From Desulfatiglandales bacterium (GTDB taxonomy: Bacteria; Desulfobacterota; DSM-4660; Desulfatiglandales; HGW-15), in contig CAXXJJ010000004.1 of the NCBI GenBank assembly GCA_963667015.2, forward strand, positions 3,584,001 through 3,648,000: 64,000 nt of DNA, given 5' to 3'. Below the pieces are notes generated by a model that ran no database searches, had not been told where the DNA came from, and worked only from the letters and a program-made list of their open reading frames with translations. Every line of letters begins with the position of its first letter. Positions within the stretch are counted from its first letter, which is position 1. Of this stretch, positions 1 to 9,947 are shown in pieces. Both the position numbers and the translations under genes were made by a program.

Positions 1-957
1 GGCAATCCCCTGCTTTCGACCCTTAAAAAGGAAAACATATTTATACCTTCTGCCTGCGGCGGCAAGGGTACATGCGCCTACTGCAAGGTGAGGGTGCTGG
101 AGGGCGGAGGGCCTGTACTTCCGACCGAAACGCCCTATCTTTCTGCTGAAGAACTGGAACAGAGTGTCCGGCTTAGCTGTCAGGTAAAGGTCAAGGAAGA
201 TTTAAAGATTCAGATCCCTGAAGAGCTGTTTCTCGTAAAGCAGTTCAGGGCAAAGGTTATCAATATCACCGACCTTACACATGAAATAAAAGGTCTCCGG
301 ATGGATCTTCTAAGCCCTGAAGAGGGCATTACCTTTAAACCCGGACAGTATGTCCAGCTTGAGGTGCCGAAGTATGAAAAGATTTCAGATCCGGAATTCA
401 GGGCCTATTCAATATCTTCAGATGCAATGGAGCATGAAAACCTTGAGCTTGTAATTACAAAGGTTCAGGATGGAGCGGTAACGACCTATGTGCATGAATA
501 TCTTAAACAGGGTGATGAACTTACCATATATGGGCCGTACGGTGATTTCTATTTGAGGGATTCCGACCGGGGAATACTTTTAATCGCTACGGGTTCGGGT
601 CTTGCCCCCATGAAATCCATATTGCACAAGATTGAAAGGGATAATATACAGAGAGAAACTATTCTCTTCTTCGGCGCAAAGAATATTGAAGATCTTTATT
701 ATCATGACGAACTCAAGGGCCTTGAGTCAAAACTGGAAAACTTCAAATTTTACCCTGTCCTCTCACGGGTTGGTGAAGATGCAAAATGGGAAGGTGACAG
801 GGGACGCGTAACAAACCTGATTGAAAAATATATTCCTGAAAATGCCGCACTTGATGTTTACCTGTGCGGAGCACCTCCAATGATAGAGTCATGCATGAAA
901 CTTCTGATACAAAAAGGTATTCCTGAAGATCACATGTATTTTGATAAATTCGGTTAG
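1..957 (+). CDS. NqrF-like 2Fe-2S/FAD/NAD-binding oxidoreductase (5'-partial)
   Basis: Frame open from base 1 with IPSACGGKGTCAYC and RLSCQ (2Fe-2S), RAYSIS (FAD), GPYG, ATGSGLAP, YLCGAPPM and C-terminal FDKFG. Confidence 0.85.
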   Translation, partial: GNPLLSTLKKENIFIPSACGGKGTCAYCKVRVLEGGGPVLPTETPYLSAEELEQSVRLSCQVKVKEDLKIQIPEELFLVKQFRAKVINITDLTHEIKGLRMDLLSPEEGITFKPGQYVQLEVPKYEKISDPEFRAYSISSDAMEHENLELVITKVQDGAVTTYVHEYLKQGDELTIYGPYGDFYLRDSDRGILLIATGSGLAPMKSILHKIERDNIQRETILFFGAKNIEDLYYHDELKGLESKLENFKFYPVLSRVGEDAKWEGDRGRVTNLIEKYIPENAALDVYLCGAPPMIESCMKLLIQKGIPEDHMYFDKFG

Positions 958-1074
958 GCTGCTTATAAAATTTTAACTTTCTGGGTCATATAGTGTAAAA
1001 TAATTCATCTTTTACCCTTTTCATGTTGCGGTTCAGGATTATATTAGTGAATCATTCTTAAGAGGTTTTAAGCC

Positions 1075-2811
1075 ATGCCAGATAAATTAGTTTACTCATC
1101 AGCGCCTGAAGATTTCTATTATATGGATGTGAATATACCCTGCCAGAGTGCATGCCCGGCAGATACCAATATTCCCGCATATATCAGGGCGCTGTATGAA
1201 AAGGAATATGACAGATCATACGATATAAATAGAAGAGCCAATATCTTTCCCGGAGTACTCGGAAGGATATGCTCAAGGCCCTGTGAAGATAAATGCAGGC
1301 ACGGAGAGTCAGAGCTTGGAGCCCCTGTAAACATATGTCATATCAAAAGAGCGGCCTCGGACTTTAAAGGTGCGGCCCCTGTACCCATAAAAAGATCAGA
1401 CAGTATCTCTAAGAAAATAGCAATAGCCGGTGCCGGTCCCGCCGGTCTCGCGGCGGCCCATGAACTCGCACTGCTGGGATTTTCAGTAACCATATTCGAG
1501 GCCCTGGACAGGCCGGGAGGAATGCTCCGCTACGGAATCCCTGAATTCCGGCTTCCCCGCACTGTCCTTGAAACGGAGATAGAAGAACTGCTCTCTTCCG
1601 GGATTGAACTCAGGACCGGTGTCAGAATAGGTTCTGACATCCAGGTTGATGATATACTTTCCGAATACGACGCCCTTCTTGCTGCAGCAGGCTGCTACAG
1701 GGCTATCTCACTTAAGGTGCCGGGTGAAGACCTTGAAGGGGTTCACTCGGGTCTTGAATTCATGAAGAAGGTCTGCTCAGGAGAAAGGCCGGACCTCGGG
1801 AAAAAGGTCCTTGTCATAGGCGCAGGATTTACGGCCTTTGACTGCGCCAGGACTGCACTCAGGCTCGGGGCAAAGGATGTAAGGATCTGTCTGAGGCGAA
1901 CCGAGCAGGATTTAAGGGTAACAAAAGATGAAATAATAGAGACAAAAAGAGAAGGCGTAAAAATCGAATCTCTTCTGCTTTCACAGGAAATAGCCGGAGC
2001 TGACTGGGTTGAAGGGGTAAAGTTTTTAAGAACACGGCCCGGGGAGGTCGGCGCGGATGGCAAACAGAAGATAGACCCCATTGAAGGAAGTGAGTTCATA
2101 CTTGAGGCCGATTCGGTGATTGTTGCAACAGGCCAGGCGCCGGGACCATTTGAGGCACCGGGAGACAAGGATAAAAACGGGGTTTTGACAATAGACAGGA
2201 CAAGCTTTCTTTCTTCCTGCAAAAACCTGTACGCTGCGGGAGATTATGTTACCGGCCCCTCAACAGTAATAGAATCCATAGCAATGGGCCGGAATGCCGC
2301 CCATAAAATAGCCCTGGATCTTACGGGTGAAAACTTTATTGAAAAGGCAGTCAGGCTTCAGGATACACAGATGACAGACAGACAAAGGGCATGGGACTTT
2401 ATCCCAAGGCAGGAAATGCCTACTCTTTCTCCGATCTCCAGTAGGATTGATCCTGATAATCCTGAAGTTGAAAAAGGGTTCTCTCCTGATCAGGCCCATG
2501 AGGAATCAAAACGATGCTACCTCTGCTATCTTCATTATGAAATAGACATGGACCGGTGTATTTACTGCCGGTACTGCATCGATGTTTCGCCCAGGGATTG
2601 CATAAAACTGGTCAACCGGGTCAATCTCAATGAGCAGGGTGCAATTACCGGTTTTGAAGAGACCTCTTCATGGGAAGGTGTAAATGCAATTGTAATAGAC
2701 AACTCCAGATGCATACGATGCGGGGAATGTGTAAGGGTATGCCCGATGGACTGTATCTCGGTTACCAGGGTAGAACTAATAGAAAGACAAAAATTCAGGG
2801 TAAACCCGTAG
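1075..2811 (+). CDS. GltD/NfnB/SudA-like FAD-dependent oxidoreductase with C-terminal 4Fe-4S domain
   Basis: PCQSACP, GRICSRPCE, GAGPAG, YGIPEFRLP, GAGFTAFD, AAGD; C-terminal CIYCRYC and CIRCGECVRVCP. Confidence 0.85.
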   Translation: MPDKLVYSSAPEDFYYMDVNIPCQSACPADTNIPAYIRALYEKEYDRSYDINRRANIFPGVLGRICSRPCEDKCRHGESELGAPVNICHIKRAASDFKGAAPVPIKRSDSISKKIAIAGAGPAGLAAAHELALLGFSVTIFEALDRPGGMLRYGIPEFRLPRTVLETEIEELLSSGIELRTGVRIGSDIQVDDILSEYDALLAAAGCYRAISLKVPGEDLEGVHSGLEFMKKVCSGERPDLGKKVLVIGAGFTAFDCARTALRLGAKDVRICLRRTEQDLRVTKDEIIETKREGVKIESLLLSQEIAGADWVEGVKFLRTRPGEVGADGKQKIDPIEGSEFILEADSVIVATGQAPGPFEAPGDKDKNGVLTIDRTSFLSSCKNLYAAGDYVTGPSTVIESIAMGRNAAHKIALDLTGENFIEKAVRLQDTQMTDRQRAWDFIPRQEMPTLSPISSRIDPDNPEVEKGFSPDQAHEESKRCYLCYLHYEIDMDRCIYCRYCIDVSPRDCIKLVNRVNLNEQGAITGFEETSSWEGVNAIVIDNSRCIRCGECVRVCPMDCISVTRVELIERQKFRVNP

Positions 2812-2833
2812 GGGCAAGGCGTGCCGTGCCCCT
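2807..2833. repeat. GTAG-type REP-like palindrome
   Basis: CGTAGGGGCAAGGCGTGCCGTGCCCCT: GTAG followed by a GC-rich imperfect hairpin at the gene end. Confidence 0.55.
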
Positions 2834-2902
2834 GCCATTAATCATAGAATGATAACAGGTGGATAAACCGGAATAAAAAAATAATCCAGAGGCAATCAAA
2901 AT

Positions 2903-3913
2903 ATGAAAGATCAACATTTTGTGGTCATAGGAAACGGTCCGGCCGGTAATGAGGCGGCACTGACACTTCGCAGCCATGCAGAAGATGCGCGCATAACCCT
3001 GATCAGTAAAGAATCAGGAGGGTGTTATCGTCCCCACCTCCTGCCGAGTTTTATTTCGGGGAAACTTACCGAAGAAAACCTGTATGTGTTTTCACCCAGT
3101 TCATACAAGGAGCTTGGCATAAAATTCCGCAGCAGCCAGGAGGTCGTTGGACTTAACCTGAAAACCCGCGAGATATTCCTGGATCACAGGGAGATCATTA
3201 AATATGACGGCCTTATCATCTCACTGGGAGGAAAACCGAGGATACCCGAAAACCTTGAGGTATTCAGTGACCTTATGCTGACACTCAAGACCCTGCATGA
3301 TGCCAGGACATGGCTCAAGTGCCTGGAAAATTCTGAGAGTGTCCTCATGATTGGAGGAGATCTGACCTCCCTTTCATTTACCTCCCAGTTGCTGAAAATG
3401 AATAAAAAGGTCTTTTTCGCCCTTAACGAAGAGTCCTTCTGGCCCATGCGGTTCAGCAGGACACTTCATGATGAGGTTGCTGAAAGGCTTTCTCAACGGG
3501 GAGTAACAGTGCTGGATTATTCGCGGATTAAAAGCATGAACAGCCTTGCCAATGGAGGCGTTGAGGTCCACACGGATCATGAAACCATATGCGCAGATAT
3601 CGTGGGCGCCTTTTTCGGACTTGTTCCTGATGTTGCATTTCTTGCAAGAACCGGCCTGAAGATAGACAGGGGAATCCTCGTGGACGAGTATCTCAATACA
3701 GGGTTTAAAGGAGTATATGCCACGGGTGACTGTGCACAGGTTTACCATCCCGAAATTAACGACTACTGGGTTTCCATAGGATACGATAACGCAGTCGCCC
3801 TTGGAAAAACAGCTGCACTCAACCTCGCTGGCGAACATTTAAAGGCTGAACCGGAATGTGTATTCAATGTTAACGGATTCTGCGTAAACAGCTCATGGTG
3901 GATGGAGTTTTAA
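2903..3913 (+). CDS. FAD-dependent pyridine nucleotide-disulfide oxidoreductase family protein
   Basis: GNGPAG and GILVDEYLNT..GVYATGDCA; NAD-binding glycine motif degenerate (IGGDLTS). Confidence 0.8.
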   Translation: MKDQHFVVIGNGPAGNEAALTLRSHAEDARITLISKESGGCYRPHLLPSFISGKLTEENLYVFSPSSYKELGIKFRSSQEVVGLNLKTREIFLDHREIIKYDGLIISLGGKPRIPENLEVFSDLMLTLKTLHDARTWLKCLENSESVLMIGGDLTSLSFTSQLLKMNKKVFFALNEESFWPMRFSRTLHDEVAERLSQRGVTVLDYSRIKSMNSLANGGVEVHTDHETICADIVGAFFGLVPDVAFLARTGLKIDRGILVDEYLNTGFKGVYATGDCAQVYHPEINDYWVSIGYDNAVALGKTAALNLAGEHLKAEPECVFNVNGFCVNSSWWMEF

Positions 3914-3914
3914 T

Positions 3915-5690
3915 ATGTCTACAGTTGATCTTACAATCGAAATATGCGGGATGTCAGGAGACGGCACTATTGCCGCTGGTGTCCTGTTGAATGAAGCCCT
4001 TTCGGCAGCAGGTTTTTCACTGATGGCCCTTGATTCATACCCTGCAGAAATAAGGGGCTTTGGCAGGTGTGTCACCCGTACCCGTATAGGAAACAGAGAG
4101 ATGACCGCCCTGAGTCATAAAACAAATGTCCTGATTTCGCTTGATGATGAACAGTCCCGGTCAAGGGTGCCGTTTCTCACGGATGACGCGGCGGTTCTCT
4201 TTGACAACAGGCCTGTTACCTATATCAGTGAAGAAAAGTCCCTTCTTCCTCTTCTGGAACCCGAGATGAATATTCTGGGGATACCCTTCGGGGATCTGGC
4301 TTCAGAGGCATCCGGTTCAAGGCGGGGAAGAAACCTTGCCGCCCTCGGGGGGTTTGCTGCCCTGTTCGGTATCCCTGCGGAACCCTTCTACCGTGCAATA
4401 AAAAAGAAGTTCCAGGCCAAGGGAGAAAAGGTGCTTGAATCAAACCTGAAGTGCTTTGATGCGGGCATGGAATACTGCGCAAAATCAGAGGAATTAAAAA
4501 AGAAAAAGATAATACAGATTGGCACAAATGGTGCCTCTTCAGAAAGAGAGCTTCTTTCCGGAAATGCCGCTATTTCAATGGGCGCACTTGATGCCGGACT
4601 CTCCCTTTATTTCGGTTATCCCATAACCCCTGCGACACCTGTTATGGAATATCTTGCAAAGTATCTTCCTGAAAGAGGTGGAAGGCTCATGCAGATGGAG
4701 GATGAGATTTCCTCCATAGGGGCTGTGCTCGGGAGTTTCTTTGCCGGAAAAAGGGCAATGACCGCAACATCCGGACCCGGTTTTGCCCTTATGACAGAGC
4801 TCATAGCCCATGCAACAGTAGCCGAGATACCCGCGGTTATTGTGAATGCCCAGAGGGGAGGACCTGCTACAGGTCTTCCAACAAAGACAGAACAGTCTGA
4901 CCTTCAGGCTGCCGTATTCGGAGGGCCCGGAGATTCCGCGAGGATTGTAATAGCCCCGTCAAGTGTAAGTGAATGTTACCATTTTACACTGAAAAGTTTT
5001 CAGCTTGCAGAACGGTACCAGACACCGGTTGTAATACTTACCGACTTTTTTCTCCATAACAGGGTAGAAAACATAGCATCTCCCGAACCTTCTGAAGAAG
5101 ATATTAAAAGCGGGAACATCCTGCCCGACGAATCTAAAAAGGGCCGTTACAGAAGATTTGAAAACACGGAGTCAGGAATATCCCCGAGGGCACTGCCCGG
5201 CATGGAGGGATACATATTTGCGGCCACCGGCCTTGAGCACACTGAAAAGGGCAAACCCGACTATACAGCAGACAACCATATGATGATGTCGGAAAAAAGA
5301 CACAGAAAAATTCACAATGCCCTGAAGGATCTGCCCGAGCCTGTAGAATTTGACCCGGAAGATAAATATGACACAGGGGTCATTACCTGGGGCTCCACAT
5401 CAGGCGCTGCAATTGAGGCCGTTAATCTGGCAAGAAATAAGGGCATAAAGGCGGGCATGCTTAAAATAGGGAGCATATTCCCCTACCATGCGGACATGAT
5501 AAAGGAGTTTATGGACAAGTGCGATGAGATCCTCATACCTGAACTTAATTTTGAGGGACAGCTTGCCAACCTGATAGGTCACCTTCACAGGAAGGAAGTA
5601 AAAAGGTTTAACCGCGTGACGGGAATACCTTTAACGGCCATTGATATTTTAGAAGCGATAGAGGAAGTTGTTAGTAAAAGGAGCAGTTAA
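3915..5690 (+). CDS. korA: 2-oxoacid:ferredoxin oxidoreductase subunit alpha (gamma-alpha fusion)
   Basis: SGDG and YPAEIRG gamma domain; GYPITP, QMEDE, TATSGPG, QRGGPATGLPT. Confidence 0.88.
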   Translation: MSTVDLTIEICGMSGDGTIAAGVLLNEALSAAGFSLMALDSYPAEIRGFGRCVTRTRIGNREMTALSHKTNVLISLDDEQSRSRVPFLTDDAAVLFDNRPVTYISEEKSLLPLLEPEMNILGIPFGDLASEASGSRRGRNLAALGGFAALFGIPAEPFYRAIKKKFQAKGEKVLESNLKCFDAGMEYCAKSEELKKKKIIQIGTNGASSERELLSGNAAISMGALDAGLSLYFGYPITPATPVMEYLAKYLPERGGRLMQMEDEISSIGAVLGSFFAGKRAMTATSGPGFALMTELIAHATVAEIPAVIVNAQRGGPATGLPTKTEQSDLQAAVFGGPGDSARIVIAPSSVSECYHFTLKSFQLAERYQTPVVILTDFFLHNRVENIASPEPSEEDIKSGNILPDESKKGRYRRFENTESGISPRALPGMEGYIFAATGLEHTEKGKPDYTADNHMMMSEKRHRKIHNALKDLPEPVEFDPEDKYDTGVITWGSTSGAAIEAVNLARNKGIKAGMLKIGSIFPYHADMIKEFMDKCDEILIPELNFEGQLANLIGHLHRKEVKRFNRVTGIPLTAIDILEAIEEVVSKRSS

Positions 5691-6487
5691 TGAAAACATC
5701 AGGCAAAGTCACTGCTGAAAAAGTTCAGAAAATAAAGGAATCAAAAAAATTCTCCGTGCGGTCTGAAAATCTGCCCACATGGTGTCCCGGCTGCGGGTAT
5801 TTCGGCATTCACCAGGGAATCAACAATGCCATTCAGGAACTCGATATACCCCACCACATGGTCATGACTGTGTCAGGGATAGGCTGTGCAGGGAGATATC
5901 CCTTTTTCAGCAATACCTACGGGCTCCATACCGCTCATGGAAGATCCCTGCCGGTTGCAACAGGCATAAAACTTGCCAGCCCCGAATTAACCGTATTTGC
6001 AGTAGGAGGGGATGGTGACGGCCTGGGGATAGGAGGCGCCCATCTTCCACATGCATCCAGGAAGGATATCAACATTAATTATGTTTTATTTGATAACTCC
6101 ATATATGGTCTTACCAAGGGACAGCCCTCTCCCAGTACGCCACCGGGAACAAAAACAAAGGCTTCCCCCTATGGCAGCGAAGGGGCTACGCTTAACGCCA
6201 CCCTGATGGCGCTGTCATATGGCGCATCCTTCGTGGCAAGGCTCTTTGCCGGAGATCCCGAATCCATCACCGCAGCACTGAAAGAAGGCATTCGGCATGA
6301 AGGTTTTTCAATCTACCACGTCTATACCACCTGTGTAACATTCGATAAGCAGTTCAAGACATGGAACAACCTAAAGGAACAGGTGCATCCTCTTCCTGAC
6401 GATCATGATCCTGCCAACCTGAAAAGCGCCATGAATCTTGTACTTGATGATGATTTTGCCATGGGAATTGTTTATAGAAAATACTAG
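5690..6487 (+). CDS. korB: 2-oxoacid:ferredoxin oxidoreductase subunit beta
   Basis: WCPGCG, SGIGC, HGR, GGDGD TPP motif, NSIYGLTKGQPSP. Confidence 0.88.
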   Translation: MKTSGKVTAEKVQKIKESKKFSVRSENLPTWCPGCGYFGIHQGINNAIQELDIPHHMVMTVSGIGCAGRYPFFSNTYGLHTAHGRSLPVATGIKLASPELTVFAVGGDGDGLGIGGAHLPHASRKDININYVLFDNSIYGLTKGQPSPSTPPGTKTKASPYGSEGATLNATLMALSYGASFVARLFAGDPESITAALKEGIRHEGFSIYHVYTTCVTFDKQFKTWNNLKEQVHPLPDDHDPANLKSAMNLVLDDDFAMGIVYRKY

Positions 6488-7740
6488 GGATACACCCCCC
6501 TCAAATTCATTGCCTTTGCAACCCTTTCCATGGCAAGAACATAGGCCGCTGTCCTCATATGAACCTTTTTGGCCTCGGCTATTTCAAGTACCTCTTTAAA
6601 GGCCTTTTTAATAATCTCTTCCAGGCGCTTCGAGACCTGGTCTTCTGTCCACAAAAGTTCCTGTACATTCTGCACCCATTCAAAATATGAAACCGTGAGT
6701 CCGCCGACATTGGCCAGTATATCCGGCACCACGAATATACCTCTGTCAAACAGGATATCATCCGCTTCCGGCTCTGTAGGGCCGTTTGCTCCTTCCACAA
6801 GGATTTTACACCTGAGTTTCGGCGCATTCTTTCCTGTTATCTGACCTGATGTGGCAGCAGGGACAAGGATATCACATTCCACCTCAAGCATTTCCTCATT
6901 GGTCAGGCGCTCACATTCCTTGATATGGGCAATTTTACATTTATACCGGTCTTCAAATGAAAGGGTATTCAGTATATCAAGCCCATTAGGGTTATATCGT
7001 CCCTCGGTTGAATTGCTGATGGCTATAACCTTTGCCCCGGCATTGTGAAAAAACTGGGCGGCAATACCTCCAACATTTCCTGACCCCTGTATAACAACCC
7101 TGAGACCGTCCATGGAGTTGCCGAGACCTGTGTGTTTTACTGCCTCAAGTGCTGATATAAACACGCTTTTTCCAGTGGCCTCATACCTTCCTACTGATCC
7201 GCCAAGCTCAAGGGGTTTTCCTGTTACAACCTCCGGAACCGTATACCCCTTAAGGATACTGTAGGTATCCATTATCCAGGCCATAACCTGTGGATTGGTA
7301 TACATATCAGGGGCAGGGATATCACTGTCACGGCCGATAAAGGGTGCTATCTCCCATGTGAATCTCCTGGTAAGCCGCTCTATTTCTGCCTCGGACATCT
7401 CCTTTGTGTTGCATTTTACTCCGCCCTTTGCACCTCCAAAGGGAATATTAACAAGGGCAGACTTCCAGGACATAAGCGTAGCCAGAGCCCTTGATTCCTC
7501 AAGGCTGAGATCAGGAGAATACCTGAGCCCCCCTTTGCCGGGTCCCAGGGTTGAGTTATGGAGCACCCTGTACCCTGTGAATATCTTGAGGTTCCCATTG
7601 TCCATTCGCACAGGGAAATGTACAAGAAGCTCTCTCTTGCAGTGTTTTAACCTTTCGTAGGTTCCTTCATCAAAGTCAGCATATTTAAAAGCCGTATCCA
7701 TCTGGTGACGTACAGAAGTAAGAATATCGTCTTTTTGCAT
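6484..7740 (-). CDS. gdhA: Glu/Leu/Phe/Val dehydrogenase (glutamate dehydrogenase)
   Basis: GPGKGGLR, FGGAKGG, DIPAPD, VTGKP, EGANGPT, VSYFEWVQN. Confidence 0.92.
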   Translation of the reverse strand: MQKDDILTSVRHQMDTAFKYADFDEGTYERLKHCKRELLVHFPVRMDNGNLKIFTGYRVLHNSTLGPGKGGLRYSPDLSLEESRALATLMSWKSALVNIPFGGAKGGVKCNTKEMSEAEIERLTRRFTWEIAPFIGRDSDIPAPDMYTNPQVMAWIMDTYSILKGYTVPEVVTGKPLELGGSVGRYEATGKSVFISALEAVKHTGLGNSMDGLRVVIQGSGNVGGIAAQFFHNAGAKVIAISNSTEGRYNPNGLDILNTLSFEDRYKCKIAHIKECERLTNEEMLEVECDILVPAATSGQITGKNAPKLRCKILVEGANGPTEPEADDILFDRGIFVVPDILANVGGLTVSYFEWVQNVQELLWTEDQVSKRLEEIIKKAFKEVLEIAEAKKVHMRTAAYVLAMERVAKAMNLRGVYP

Positions 7741-7809
7741 ATTACCCTCCTGAGTGGTTATTTGTCCGGTTATTCTAATACCGAAGGGGAATCCCTGTCA
7801 ATGTGCAGA

Positions 7810-7948
7810 AGGCAGGTGCAAGGCGCAGGGCACAAGGGGAAAAACATATATTTAAATTTCTTAAAATTATTGTGTAATTTCGGCCAAAGGGAGAAATCTT
7901 GTTTTTTAAGGTTTTCCCTGGGCCTTGCGCCATGAGTCTTGCACCTTT
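7810..7948. repeat. Inverted pair of short heptamer-repeat tracts
   Basis: AGGTGCAAGGCGCAGGGCACAAGG versus CCCTGGGCCTTGCGCCATGAGTCTTGCACCT between divergent gdhA and aconitase. Confidence 0.5.
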
Positions 7949-8008
7949 TTTTCCCCCATGTTATCATCATTTCTTCAGACATGAACAATCACACCTTCCG
8001 GAGGCTAT

Positions 8009-9943
8009 ATGTCAAAAAATCTCACTCGAAAAATACTTGAAGCGCATCTCATTGAAGGGGAACTGGTTCCCGGGCAGGAAATAGCTATCAGGATTGATCA
8101 TACACTCATGCAGGACGCTACCGGTACGGTTGCCATGCTCGAGTTTGAGGCCCTCGGCCTTGATTCGGTAAAGGCGGAACTGTGCGCCCAGTATGTGGAC
8201 CACAATCTCCTTCAGGGCGATTTTAAAAATGCTGACGACCATAAATACCTCCAGACCGCCTGCGCACGGTACGGGATCAATTTCAGCCCGCCGGGAAACG
8301 GGATATCCCACCAGGTCCATATGGAAAGGTTTGGAGCCCCCGGGAAAACAATACTTGGGTCGGACAGCCATACACCCGGGGCAGCAGGTGTATCCATGAT
8401 GGGTATTGGCGCAGGGGGGATGGATGTTGCCATGGCAATGGCCGGGATGCCCTACCGCCTTCCCTGTCCCAGGGTGCTTGGAGTAAAACTCACTGGAAGT
8501 CTCCCGGACTGGGTCAGCGCAAAGGATGTAATACTTGAGATGTTAAGACGGTATGACGTAAAGGGCTGCGTAGGCAAGATAGTGGAATATTACGGCCCGG
8601 GCGTGAAATCACTTTCAGCAACTGACAGGGAAACCATAGGAAACATGGGGACAGAGCTGGGGGCCACAAGCACTGTCTTTCCGTCGGATGAAAACACCAG
8701 GTTTTATCTAAGGTCCCAGGGGAGAGAAGATGCATGGACGGAGTTATTCGCCGATGAAGGCGCAGAGTATGACGAATATGACGAGATTGATCTGTCTACC
8801 CTGGAACCTCTCATTGCATGCCCTTCCTCCCCCGGAAATGTTGTCCCTGTGAGGGAGGTTGCCGGCCTCAGGGTTGACCAGGTAATAATAGGAAGCAGCG
8901 TTAATTCGTCCTACCGGGATCTCATGGTTGTGGCTAAAACAGTGGAAGGCCGAAAAAGAAACCTTTATACCGATTTCAACATAAACCCCGGAAGCCAGCA
9001 GGTGCTTGAAAACATAGGAAACCGAGGAGGTTTGACACCTCTTATAATGGCCGGGGCAAGGATACATGAATCCGGCTGCCTGGGATGTATCGGGATGGGT
9101 CAGGCACCCGGAACAGGACAGGTGAGCCTTAGAACCTTTCCAAGGAATTTTCCCGGAAGGTCGGGAACAAAGGACGATAAAGTCTATCTCTGTTCACCGG
9201 AAACCGCGGCAGCGGCAGCATTGAGGGGAGTCATTACAGACCCCAGGGATCTTTCTCCTGAAATACCCTATCCCCGGATCGAGGATCCGGAAAAATACAA
9301 TATCGATGAAAAGAGCATTATTAAACCTTCACCGGAGCTGCGCAGCACCGAGGTCATAAGGGGCCCCAATATAAAACCGCTGCCTCACATGGAGCGTCTT
9401 CCTGACACGCTTGAGGCGGAAGTGGCAATTAAGGTTGGCGACAATATATCAACCGACGGGATCATGCCGGCCGGAAGCAAGATTCTGCCCCTCAGGTCAA
9501 ACATAGAGGCATTAAGCGAATTTGTCTTTTCCCAGATTGATCCTGACTTTCATAAGTACTGCAAAGAAAAGGGTAATGTTGCTGTAATCGGCGGAGAAAA
9601 TTACGGGCAGGGTTCAAGCAGGGAGCATGCGGCCCTTGCCCCCAGATACCTTGGAGTCCGGCTCAAGATAGCAAAGAGTTTTGCAAGAATTCACAAGGCG
9701 AATCTCTGCAATTTCGGAATACTTCCCCTCATGTTTAAAGACCCCTCCGACTATGAAAAACTGGAAAAGGGGTCAAAGATTATCCTTGAAGACATAAGAA
9801 ACCTGATTATGGGCGGCCAGACAGAGATCCAGGTCAGGTGTGACAGAACAACCTTTATGACTGTTCTTGATGTCTCTGACAGGCAGAGAAGATTTCTGCT
9901 TGCTGGCGGAACCCTTAACTATGTAAAGGAAAAGATCGGGTGA
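8009..9943 (+). CDS. Aconitate hydratase (putative, short ~645-aa type)
   Basis: QDATG, DHN, GSDSHT, GCLGCIGMGQ, RTFPRNFPGRSG, ISTD, NYGQGSSREHAA. Confidence 0.9.
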   Translation: MSKNLTRKILEAHLIEGELVPGQEIAIRIDHTLMQDATGTVAMLEFEALGLDSVKAELCAQYVDHNLLQGDFKNADDHKYLQTACARYGINFSPPGNGISHQVHMERFGAPGKTILGSDSHTPGAAGVSMMGIGAGGMDVAMAMAGMPYRLPCPRVLGVKLTGSLPDWVSAKDVILEMLRRYDVKGCVGKIVEYYGPGVKSLSATDRETIGNMGTELGATSTVFPSDENTRFYLRSQGREDAWTELFADEGAEYDEYDEIDLSTLEPLIACPSSPGNVVPVREVAGLRVDQVIIGSSVNSSYRDLMVVAKTVEGRKRNLYTDFNINPGSQQVLENIGNRGGLTPLIMAGARIHESGCLGCIGMGQAPGTGQVSLRTFPRNFPGRSGTKDDKVYLCSPETAAAAALRGVITDPRDLSPEIPYPRIEDPEKYNIDEKSIIKPSPELRSTEVIRGPNIKPLPHMERLPDTLEAEVAIKVGDNISTDGIMPAGSKILPLRSNIEALSEFVFSQIDPDFHKYCKEKGNVAVIGGENYGQGSSREHAALAPRYLGVRLKIAKSFARIHKANLCNFGILPLMFKDPSDYEKLEKGSKIILEDIRNLIMGGQTEIQVRCDRTTFMTVLDVSDRQRRFLLAGGTLNYVKEKIG

Positions 9944-9947
9944 TATT